Source: Albugo candida (Eukaryota). Taken from it: 64,000 nt of DNA. Below are positions 53,999-64,000 of this stretch, in pieces; positions within the stretch are counted from its first letter, which is position 1, and each line of letters opens with the position of its first letter. Location: assembly GCA_040437565.1 (NCBI GenBank), contig JBDOQK010000001.1, positions 930,001 to 994,000 of the forward strand, given 5' to 3'. A model generated the notes under the pieces. That model was given only the letters and a program-made list of their open reading frames with translations. It searched no databases and was not told the DNA's origin. Both the position numbers and the translations under genes were made by a program.

Positions 53999-55498
53999 TT
54001 ACATTTTGACACCATTTGGCCTGAATTTGATTTGAGTAGATAACACGACATCGGATGCAAAAAGCGCATCTGTGATATTCAGAATATCGCCATCTGAAAG
54101 TAGTTCGCCCATTGTTTTCTCCAAATTCACACTGGTTGCCTCGCGAAGCGATGGTGGGCCTTGCATATATAAGTTTGTTCGTCCTGTGGAAATGCTTGGA
54201 CACAACAAGCGATATTGAGGGCCACAAAGCTCCTTCTGTATAAACTCTTTCAGCGTCATTGATGTGTCATTGAGCCAAAGCACTTGATTTGCTTGTTTGG
54301 AGCACACGATGCAGTCATTTTTCTTCTCGTACACAAATGTGTGCGAATAACAGCCCAATGCGCCCATATGCATGTGATAATTATTCATCATTTGGCTACA
54401 GTAAGTCATCGCTTTGAAAGCCTCATTCACACACATTGCTGCAATGATTGCGTTTGTGGATGCAACTGCCGGAATTATATTCTTCACAACTCCCAGCGTC
54501 AAATTATACGTAACACCTGCGATTCCGTACTGTTCTGCTCGTTCTTTGGCTTGATGGTACACCCACTGCATATCTTCAGCAGAGTCTTTATCGAGTTTTC
54601 GAGCGGGAAAATTGCGTGCCCAAAGCACAAGATAGGCGTACGCAATACAATGCGCGGGCTGACGTGGCGTTTCCGCGATTGTGCACATTGGAAATGAGGT
54701 TTGAGGAGGAAATGATTCCAGAGAACATTCAAAGCAGCTGGTAATGCGAGGGATAATCACTCTTGCTTGACCTCGTAAGCCTTCCGTCCCACCATCAATT
54801 AGCGGAATGATCGTTGACGGGTCCAATTCACCGTTATCGTCTTCCTCTACCACTGACACCACAAGAGAATTCACATATCGTCGAGCTTGAATGTTGTCCA
54901 AACCACACAAAATCACATGAAATTGGCGATAAAACTCTGCATCCATTTCCTGTACTTTGCAAACGTGAGGTGTAACCTTAAGATCAGTCAAATGTCCCAT
55001 TTTCGCTTTGACAAAAGCAGCTGCACATTCGGCTTTCGACCGTCCAATATCGCGCTCCCGAAAGAGAAATTGTCGATTTAGATTCGACACGTCAATAGTG
55101 TCCATATCGATAATATGGATCTTGAGAAAACCCGAGAGTACGGCGTTTTTCAGCAATTCACACCCCAATCCACCAGCGCCAATAATTAAAACTTGACATT
55201 CCTCATGGAGGAATCTCATCGTTTCTTCTGATTTGGATTCATCATATTCACCCAATGGGATCGAGCCCGACTCACTCGGAAATGAAGTCGATTGCTTTAG
55301 AAGAGTGTGTATATCCTCAAAAGCTTGCAAAGTGTGAGGGTTTTGCCTCATTGAGTGATCGGAATTCTGCTTACTCGAAATATCTTCGGTATCCGCAATA
55401 ACAGAAGATTTGAATTTCTTTGCGAGTGGAAATTCGTTCGTTTCGGGCGCGACGGTGAAGCGTGGAGTGGAAGCAGCGGTCGGATACGCTGCGACCAT
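53999..55498 (-). CDS. UBA3: NEDD8-activating enzyme E1 catalytic subunit
   Basis: GAGGLGCELLK, IDMDTIDVSNLNRQFLFR, PLIDGGTEG, catalytic FPMCTIAETPR, GVVKNIIPAVASTNA, YMQGPPSL. Confidence 0.94.
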   Translation of the reverse strand: MVAAYPTAASTPRFTVAPETNEFPLAKKFKSSVIADTEDISSKQNSDHSMRQNPHTLQAFEDIHTLLKQSTSFPSESGSIPLGEYDESKSEETMRFLHEECQVLIIGAGGLGCELLKNAVLSGFLKIHIIDMDTIDVSNLNRQFLFRERDIGRSKAECAAAFVKAKMGHLTDLKVTPHVCKVQEMDAEFYRQFHVILCGLDNIQARRYVNSLVVSVVEEDDNGELDPSTIIPLIDGGTEGLRGQARVIIPRITSCFECSLESFPPQTSFPMCTIAETPRQPAHCIAYAYLVLWARNFPARKLDKDSAEDMQWVYHQAKERAEQYGIAGVTYNLTLGVVKNIIPAVASTNAIIAAMCVNEAFKAMTYCSQMMNNYHMHMGALGCYSHTFVYEKKNDCIVCSKQANQVLWLNDTSMTLKEFIQKELCGPQYRLLCPSISTGRTNLYMQGPPSLREATSVNLEKTMGELLSDGDILNITDALFASDVVLSTQIKFRPNGVKM

Positions 55499-55642
55499 GT
55501 GATGATTCTCTTACAATAATTTTATCCAATCCGACCTAATGCGTGGGATAAGCTCGAGTTTATTCGAAGAAATAGCGTCGAAACGCAATGGTATGAGGGT
55601 ATAGAAAAAATCGACTTTACGATGGAAAAACGTGTATAATTT

Positions 55643-56833
55643 TTAGAAATTACTGTTGGTTTGTGGCTCAGTGGACAGAACCAACGCAACTTTGGAGGAA
55701 ACTGGACGGTTGAGCACCTTACAGATAAACTGACCGGCTTTTATAAGTTTGGTCAAATTAATACCGGTTCCAATATGGAGGCCATGAAGCATGTAGATGA
55801 CGTCTTCGGTCGCGACATTTCCAGAGGCTCCAAGCGCATAAGGGCAACCTCCAAGACCAGCAACAGAGCTGTCAAATATGGAAATACCCTCTTGTAAGGC
55901 GACTAGAATGTTCGCAAGGGCTTGACCATAAGTATCGTGAAAATGGCCGGCCAAGCAATCCACTGGTGCGACTTGTTTTACAGCTCTAAGCATCCGTATC
56001 GTGGAGCCTGGATTACCAATGAAGCGGAAGCACAGAATAGGGTGAGGTAGCAAATGAACAAACCTGGAGTCCCAATTCCTATGGTGTCGCCGAGAGAGAT
56101 CTCATAACAGCCCAAATTGTAAAGGCGTTTTGCAACATGAGCAACATCAGCAGGGTCTACATATCCTTGGTACGGACATCCTGATACGCAAGAAATGTAT
56201 CTACAACGCAAATGTGACTATGAGACTTTCAGATGCATGTGAGATTCCACCCGCGAACGCGAATTCGAAGGTTCTTTGCCTCTTCCATAATCGGCAAAAA
56301 GCGATCGAACGTCTCGTTGATGCTGCAATTCGTGTTCTTCTTGGAAAATGCCTCGGAAGCAGCAGTGAATATCGAAATCTCCTTAACTCCCGCATTCATC
56401 GCGGACTTGAATCCCTACGATGTTTTAGGCTGACTCGCCTCACGCAAAGCAAGTAAAAGTATGCTGACACAAACTTGCATGTTTGGTATCAAAGCTGAGT
56501 AACAGACACCTTCCATCCGCTTTATCTTCTGCACCACTTGCGTATGATCTCTCATTTGTGCAACCCATTTTGGCGAAACAAAAGATGTCATTTCAATGGC
56601 CCGACATCCTGCATCAGACAGTCGATTGATCAACTCCACTTTGTTCGATGTTGAAACCAATTTCGTTTCATTCTTACAAGATAACCAATGTAGTGGATTG
56701 AGTGAGATAGAGTGGATACCACTGATACCTGGAGTCCATCACGTGGACCAACTTCAACGATTTTCACTTGTTTTGGCAACAATCTCATTGTAGCAGGAAT
56801 GCATGTGCGTCGATGATGATACAGACGTGACAT
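55643..56833 (-). CDS. HMGCL: Hydroxymethylglutaryl-CoA lyase, mitochondrial (5 exons)
   Basis: [66 protein letters not shown]. Confidence 0.93.
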
Positions 56834-59577
56834 AATGTTTCTTATGCAACGACGCAACTTAATTCGCTGAAAATGGATAAGTGCGCTTTCGAATAGGAAA
56901 AAGATTTGCTGCCGAACTTGCACTTTTGAATCGTCTGTTGACTAGCTCTGGTGCAATTGTAATTGCGCATTCAAGTTGAAGCGTGATTTATCTTTGAAAC
57001 TGTCACTCAGTGCCAGTGCTATACGTGTATCCTGGCCATACCTTGGAGTATACTTTGTACTTATAAACTTCAAAATACTTATTCGAGGACCAATATATTG
57101 AGATTAGGCTGCACAAAACATGCAAAGTGCCAAACGTGTTTTTATAAAATAATGAAACGGAAAAAATTACTGCATACTTATGTTTAAATCAAGGTCGGGC
57201 TACTCCCAAGAGAGCGTACTAATACATTACAATACAAAACTTACTTGTGATCAACATAGTAGAACGATCGAATATAACGAGTCGCTTCGATGGCTTGGTA
57301 TTGGGTTGCAAAAAGTTCTCTCCCGACGTATGGGAAGCTCATCAAATCGATTCAGGGTTTATCTGAGCCTTGTACGGGTAGTGGTGTGCTGAGATAGAAG
57401 ACAAGAAGCGTTTAACGTGGACGCGACCTTAAGAAGCGGTGGAATATAAAGACAGTTTCACGTACACGATTTAAGATTATGCTTAACATCGCACCGAAAA
57501 TTTCGACCTGCAGCTCAAATTTTACAATACATTAGCTAGCGAGACAGGATGCAGTATCTAATATGAGCTTGGAGGAAGATCTCTAGATAGAGCAATTTTG
57601 AGGTATACAATCTGAAGCATAATTTTCGCTATCCGACTTGAAAAACCATCTGCTTAGGTGTTTTTCTCGAATTGCTGCTGGAAATCTTCGCTTTTTATTC
57701 CTGCGATCGGAGATGAGTTTTGTAATCTGGCACCCCACCTTGAACGTCGATTCTATGATTCGCTTTATGGATACCTAACAACTTCCTAATTGACCCTACT
57801 GNNNNNNNNNNNNNNNNNNNNNNNNNNNNNNNNNNNNNNNNNNNNNNNNNNNNNNNNNNNNNNNNNNNNNNNNNNNNNNNNNNNNNNNNNNNNNNNNNNN
57901 NCGTTTTGCAACATGAGCAACATCAGCAGGGTCTACATATCCTTGGTACGGACATCCTGATACGCAAGAAATGTATCTACAACGCAAATGTGACTATGAG
58001 ACTTTCAGATGCATGTGAGATTCCACCCGCGAACGCGAATTCGAAGGTTCTTTGCCTCTTCCATAATCGGCAAAAAGCGATCGAACGTCTCGTTGATGCT
58101 GCAATTCGTGTTCTTCTTGGAAAATGCCTCGGAAGCAGCAGTGAATATCGAAATCTCCTTAACTCCCGCATTCATCGCGGACTTGAATCCCTACGATGTT
58201 TTAGGCTGACTCGCCTCACGCAAAGCAAGTAAAAGTATGCTGACACAAACTTGCATGTTTGGTATCAAAGCTGAGTAACAGACACCTTCCATCCGCTTTA
58301 TCTTCTGCACCACTTGCGTATGATCTCTCATTTGTGCAACCCATTTTGGCGAAACAAAAGATGTCATTTCAATGGCCCGACATCCTGCATCAGACAGTCG
58401 ATTGATCAACTCCACTTTGTTCGATGTTGAAACCAATTTCGTTTCATTCTTACAAGATAACCAATGTAGTGGATTGAGTGAGATAGAGTGGATACCACTG
58501 ATACCTGGAGTCCATCACGTGGACCAACTTCAACGATTTTCACTTGTTTTGGCAACAATCTCATTGTAGCAGGAATGCATGTGCGTCGATGATGATACAG
58601 ACGTGACATAATGTTTCTTATGCAACGACGCAACTTAATTCGCTGAAAATGGATAAGTGCGCTTTCGAATAGGAAAAAGATTTGCTGCCGAACTTGCACT
58701 TTTGAATCGTCTGTTGACTAGCTCTGGTGCAATTGTAATTGCGCATTCAAGTTGAAGCGTGATTTATCTTTGAAACTGTCACTCAGTGCCAGTGCTATAC
58801 GTGTATCCTGGCCATACCTTGGAGTATACTTTGTACTTATAAACTTCAAAATACTTATTCGAGGACCAATATATTGAGATTAGGCTGCACAAAACATGCA
58901 AAGTGCCAAACGTGTTTTTATAAAATAATGAAACGGAAAAAATTACTGCATACTTATGTTTAAATCAAGGTCGGGCTACTCCCAAGAGAGCGTACTAATA
59001 CATTACAATACAAAACTTACTTGTGATCAACATAGTAGAACGATCGAATATAACGAGTCGCTTCGATGGCTTGGTATTGGGTTGCAAAAAGTTCTCTCCC
59101 GACGTATGGGAAGCTCATCAAATCGATTCAGGGTTTATCTGAGCCTTGTACGGGTAGTGGTGTGCTGAGATAGAAGACAAGAAGCGTTTAACGTGGACGC
59201 GACCTTAAGAAGCGGTGGAATATAAAGACAGTTTCACGTACACGATTTAAGATTATGCTTAACATCGCACCGAAAATTTCGACCTGCAGCTCAAATTTTA
59301 CAATACATTAGCTAGCGAGACAGGATGCAGTATCTAATATGAGCTTGGAGGAAGATCTCTAGATAGAGCAATTTTGAGGTATACAATCTGAAGCATAATT
59401 TTCGCTATCCGACTTGAAAAACCATCTGCTTAGGTGTTTTTCTCGAATTGCTGCTGGAAATCTTCGCTTTTTATTCCTGCGATCGGAGATGAGTTTTGTA
59501 ATCTGGCACCCCACCTTGAACGTCGATTCTATGATTCGCTTTATGGATACCTAACAACTTCCTAATTGACCCTACTG
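56126..59577. repeat. 1676-bp exact direct duplication (56126-57801 = 57902-59577) flanking 100-N gap 57802-57901; creates a false partial second HMGCL copy
   Basis: Identical sequence and ORF track, offset 1776. Confidence 0.9.
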
Positions 59578-60121
59578 GAACTACGAGTTGCAGTACTACT
59601 TGGTAATTAAAGTTTTACTTCATATTTTTTGAGTCTGCTTTGTACCTACAAGCAACATACTAGAACATCCTTCTTCGCAAGTGCAACTTGGGAATGCATT
59701 GTATTCCTGAAACTTGCAAGAATCTCCTTCCAGCTACTAAATACCTCTTTGGTTCCACGGCAGCCATGACACCAATTTATCGTTCCAAACTACAATAAAA
59801 TCCTCGTGATAGCTTTCGCAAACACCAAAATCAATTCTACCACCAGATTGCTAGTAATGTCTCCTTTTGAAACAGCAATCGTCTGAATTTTTTTTCTCTT
59901 TTACCGTTCAGTATGAGGTAAAGATCTATTGGTGTAATATTGCAGTCAGTCAAAGAAACAGCATCAGAAGAGGACCCATGTTGATTATAATACGCTCGAA
60001 CTCGTACTTTTTAAGGAGCCCCCTGAACCAGTTTAGCTGCGTATGGTCAACTTAATGCAAGTGTAGGTGACACTGTAGTGAATTAACCGGATTTAAGAAT
60101 TTATGAAAAGTGGAAATCGCA

Positions 60122-60247
60122 GACAAAAAGCCTCTCGAAGTCAGCTTCGTGCTTCCACTCTTATGTAGGATTGATGTCGTTTGAATCACCATAATCAATC
60201 CTACGAAAAAATGGCAGCACGCAGCTGACTTCCAGAGGCTTTTTGTC
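60122..60247. repeat. Imperfect inverted repeat: 54-nt arms (60122-60175 / 60194-60247), 18-nt loop
   Basis: 47 of 54 positions are Watson-Crick complementary with no indels, by manual alignment. Confidence 0.88.
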
Positions 60248-61452
60248 GATACATGTAGTTACGCTAAAAGTACTCCAGCCGACGTGTAAATGTAACACGC
60301 TGCCCTTGTGCGCAATATGACCTCCGTATGTGCAAACGGTGTCATGAATGCTCAGCTCCAATTTGGTAACTTGATACACCAAGTATCACAGACTTGTATG
60401 GTGAAGTATACTCACACCACACTTAATACCTACAAGAAATGCAAATGAAAAGAGACGTCAGCTTCACCTTTCTTTGTCTTTGAGAATTCGTCTACATGAA
60501 AAAGTGCCATGACAAAACAACCAGAGTACACGCGATTTGTAGCACCAAAATTGTTGTAACATAGTTCGAATTCGTCTTGCCATTACAGCTTCACATCAAA
60601 CTCAAGATCAACTCTTAATAATTAAAAAAGATACGCTTTTGTTGAAAATACAATCATTGTTTTTTTCTGTGAATGATTTAAATGCTTCCTATCTCCAAGC
60701 GTCGTTCTACTGACGATTCCACAGCGCATGTTCAGGTATAGCGAGTGCATGAACCCACTCCATGATTTTGTTGACGGTGGTTCATGTAGAGTCTGAACTT
60801 GTTGGGGATTAGACTCTCTTTTCGTAAATAATCACACCTTGTTAAGATTGTACCATTGCAGCGGCCATGAAAAAATTTGACGCATTCAGGTTGCTAGTCA
60901 CGATAGCGAATTCGATGTCTACGCGAAATTACATGCGGCTGATGCTGGGAAGTGGTCGCATTTGATTTCGCTTGCGCTTGGAAAGTAGAGCACAAAAGGT
61001 ACAAAAAGTGAGCGTACCGAGAGTGAGGACGTACATCTGGGAGGCTTATATGATCAAGCTTCTTCGATGGGGTGCACTGTTGTTATTGACTATATTGGGG
61101 GTGCTGTGTATGTTGCTGCTGGCTACATGCGGCGTTGTGATTTGATTCGTAGCCAGTTGTCAGGTTGTCAAGGCTGTCTGCGGGTGGCAAGCCTTACACC
61201 ACGCATTCTTTCAAGTTGTGAGAGTATATTCTGTTGTGTTTCTCTTGGTCTATTTCTGGTGCGAAGTGCTTGTCGATATTAGTCTTATAGCTTTGTAGTA
61301 CACTATTATTTCTCTTTTGTGCATAGTTGACTTTAATCTATTTCGAACTCCAGTTGAATCAAAATAAATGGCAGCTATTTTTTCATCTACTGAAATATGA
61401 AAATTACTCAGACGTTAAGAACAGACGAATTCTGACGGGAGCCGTTCACCAG

Positions 61453-61611
61453 CCTCCATAAATTGATGGCAATTGTGGCCTTTGATTGGTTCAAACAAAT
61501 ATAACAGGATAAAAAGAATTAAATCACGGATATCACCCTCCATGAATTAATGGAAAGCATGGCTTCTGATTGGTCTAAATAGATGCAACCGAACAAATAA
61601 AACAAAATCAC
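61453..61611. repeat. Two diverged direct repeats with an 84-bp period, each containing TGATTGG (CCAAT box)
   Basis: CCTCCATAAATTGATGG…TGATTGGT…AAATCAC versus CCTCCATGAATTAATGG…TGATTGGT…AAATCAC. Confidence 0.6.
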
Positions 61612-62799
61612 AAAAAACCTATGGTTTCTGCAAATTGAAGTTTAGTTAGTTGCAGTTAATGGCACGTAGTCGCAATTACTTGCACTTATCTAAAGTCTAC
61701 AAACCTTGAAAATCTTGTTCATCATACAGCCGACGAGCTGCGCGCAGACTTGCTACTGAAATCTTCCCCATCACCTTTGAGAAAGCTGCATCGTGACCAT
61801 AGCCCGCTGCTTTGCGTTTTGGTGCACAATGATAGCAAGCTGGCCTTCGCAGGAAAGGCAAACTGTTGAATCTACTGAGAGTAGATCACATGCGATGGAT
61901 GAAATTTCACATAATATGACTGTTGCCAGCATAATCAGCACACAATACAACTTACCTGTTGACACAGAATCCAGTACAAAATTTGTAGAAGCCGAAGTTT
62001 TTCTGTGATGTTATTGTACTTATTCCGTTGCATTTATTCAGACCAATCGGAGACCACGCGTTCCAGGAATTTATGGAGGATGGTCTAAAACGTTCCCGTA
62101 ATTTTATTTTATTTATTCTCTTATATTCATTTGAATCAATCAGAGGTCACAATTGCTATTTATTTATAGAGGCAGGTGGCTGATTACAGAAGATGTGCTG
62201 GCTGAATAATGATCCCCTTTGTGACCAAAGCCTCGATAAAACAAATGTCTGAAGTGGCTGCCGCCAGATTTTGATTGGATCATTTCTGCATTCGTGATAT
62301 CACTATTCTACTTCTTCTATCGGGAGCCTGAATCCTATAACTTATGTCCTTATAGTATGTTCCTTTGCTTGGCATCTCTGAATCTATACCGAGGCCTCCT
62401 GTCACCTGCTAAAAAAGCTTTGCTGTTCATATGCAATGCTGAGTGATGGAGTGATTAAGTTGTGTACATTCAGTGGATGGCACATAAAAGCACTATGCGC
62501 ACTCATCAAAAATCAAATGCAAGTCTCACTGCGTGAATGCTATCGCGTTTTTTCTTACAATGAAGCAGGTGGAGAGGATGTTAAATAGAGGCGTTGATAC
62601 CCCTCCTGGTATGAAACATGACAGTCTGAATGTGCTAGTTTTCGCAAGTGGTACGACAAATAGGATATCATCACATTGGTCAGGAAATCTTGTTTGTTGA
62701 ATACACATGTCAATCCCTTGATCAATTCCCAACCAATTATGAGAGGATAACAAGTTAGAAAGATACAAAAGGGCAGGTTTGTTACCAATAGCAATGAAC

Positions 62800-62871
62800 T
62801 GCGCCGTCGGGGAATTGAACCCCGACCTCATCCTTGGAAGGGACGAATCCTAACCATTAGACCAACGGCGC
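62800..62871 (-). tRNA. tRNA-Gly (TCC)
   Basis: Minus strand GCGCCGT…ACGGCGC-A acceptor, anticodon arm CGTCC-CTTCCAA-GGATG, T-loop GGTTCAATTCC. Confidence 0.95.
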
Positions 62872-63472
62872 TTGATTAACGCAGGCTGGTTATAAGTTAT
62901 CATATAATAAAAACACTGTCTATCAAGTCAAAAGTCGCTGCTTGAACAAGCGACAGCTCCAAGTGTTCCAGACGACGTGCATTAAGTGTTCAATCAAGTT
63001 AATTATCAAAGTACTGATTCATCTCAAAATATTGAGACATAGAACTTTCAGTGAATGTTTTCATCTTGCAGAAGAATGCTTAATCGGACATTTAGCAAAA
63101 CTGTTACATTTATATATCATCGTTAGCAAGCAAGGGTACTCAAGTACATGTCGTAGTCGACCTGAATAAAGATGTATATGTTGGAAATGGCAATGGTATT
63201 GAGTAGCTTGGGACTTTTACCAAAACTCGAGGATCTAATACATCAATTCGAAACATTATAACACAAAAATTGTACTACCTCGTTAGTGTGCTACATTTGC
63301 CCTGGCAGAGTAACTTCGGTTCTAGGTTCAGCACTCAGAACGAGGATATGCGTTTCCCGAATTAGCAGAATGTGCCACACATTTACGTATTTTCGTACAA
63401 ATTCAGTTCCAAAAGCCTGCAGTATATGAACGCCAAAATCTATAACTTAACACGTGCTCACTCTTGCGCTCG

Positions 63473-64000
63473 CTATTGCTTCCCGATACTATCAAGTCTC
63501 TCCATCTCATGAATTTGCTTCTTAATTCGCCTCGACTCCCAATCAAGAAGACTCCGTAACAACGACACAACATCCTGTGCCACTTCGATGCCAAAATGGA
63601 TAGCTAGACCGACGGGATACGATTTGAGTGCTCCTTGGATATCTGCCATTTGACGCATTTTCACAATAAGGTCAGAATCCAATGGTGCTTGTGCGTCATT
63701 TACCAAAAGTCTTTGGTATGAAACACTGTCTCGCAAGAGCGCCAATCGACTTGCGGAAGGCTTGACACTTGACGGAATGCTGACGGTCGACAACACATTG
63801 TCGATAGCGCTGGATAATATCTCATCAATCATTTGGATTCCTTGGTGGACAACGCGATTCGGCTGGTACGGCGCTTCATATCGTAAATATTGCAATCGAC
63901 GTTCCCACATGGTACAATCGGGTAGAAAGGTTGCAATGTTGCGTAGAAGAGGACGTGGAAGATGTAAGGTTCGATGCATGAGACTGCTATATTGCTTCCA
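63473..64000 (-). CDS. 3' part of an unknown protein, probably truncated by the window end
   Basis: 168-aa ORF whose frame stays open to the window edge; LPRPLLRNIATFLP resembles an F-box/SOCS-like helix. Family not recognised. Confidence 0.5.
   Translation of the reverse strand, partial: WKQYSSLMHRTLHLPRPLLRNIATFLPDCTMWERRLQYLRYEAPYQPNRVVHQGIQMIDEILSSAIDNVLSTVSIPSSVKPSASRLALLRDSVSYQRLLVNDAQAPLDSDLIVKMRQMADIQGALKSYPVGLAIHFGIEVAQDVVSLLRSLLDWESRRIKKQIHEMERLDSIGKQ

Noticed and set aside
2238..55498. Functional cluster of ubiquitin/NEDD8 genes (UBR7, CSN2, UBA3) or of two pseudouridine synthases
   Set aside because: Far apart and interspersed with unrelated genes; chance co-occurrence in a gene-dense genome is sufficient.
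57902..58609. Second HMG-CoA lyase paralogue (likewise a second tomosyn N-terminus at 14054-15271)
   Set aside because: Apparently identical to the neighbouring copy, including introns and intergenic DNA, and directly abutting an N-gap; best explained as assembly overlap.

Overview
Gene-dense eukaryotic DNA, very likely an oomycete and most consistent with an Albugo-like genome. That identification is inference from moderately AT-rich composition, ~50-60 nt introns, tiny intergenic spacers, a GPCR-PIP kinase fusion, pentafunctional AROM, a P3A H+-ATPase with a huge extracellular loop, and flagellar-type genes. About 25 protein-coding genes are supported: UBR7-like, CD36/croquemort-like, CSN2, spinster-like MFS, ELYS/HOS1-like, tomosyn-like with PDZ, TruA, two double-domain MAPR proteins, CTL transporter, FANCJ, SEC11, RluB-like, a mucin-like type I membrane protein, GPCR-PIPK, a GAF protein, AROM, PMA1, a coiled-coil protein, STPG1-like, DCTN5, a secreted Pro-rich protein, UBA3, HMG-CoA lyase and a partial unknown gene. 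There are three tRNA genes. Five of the six 100-N scaffold gaps are flanked by exact duplications that look like assembly artefacts. The most unusual unexplained signals are a 126-nt pre-miRNA-like hairpin in the gene-poor 3' region, a PDZ-containing tomosyn, a tandem pair of two-domain MAPR genes, a RING-less HOS1-like protein, and an inverted pair of identical tRNA-Asp genes enclosing two convergent genes. All family calls come from motif recognition by eye; no database searches were run.
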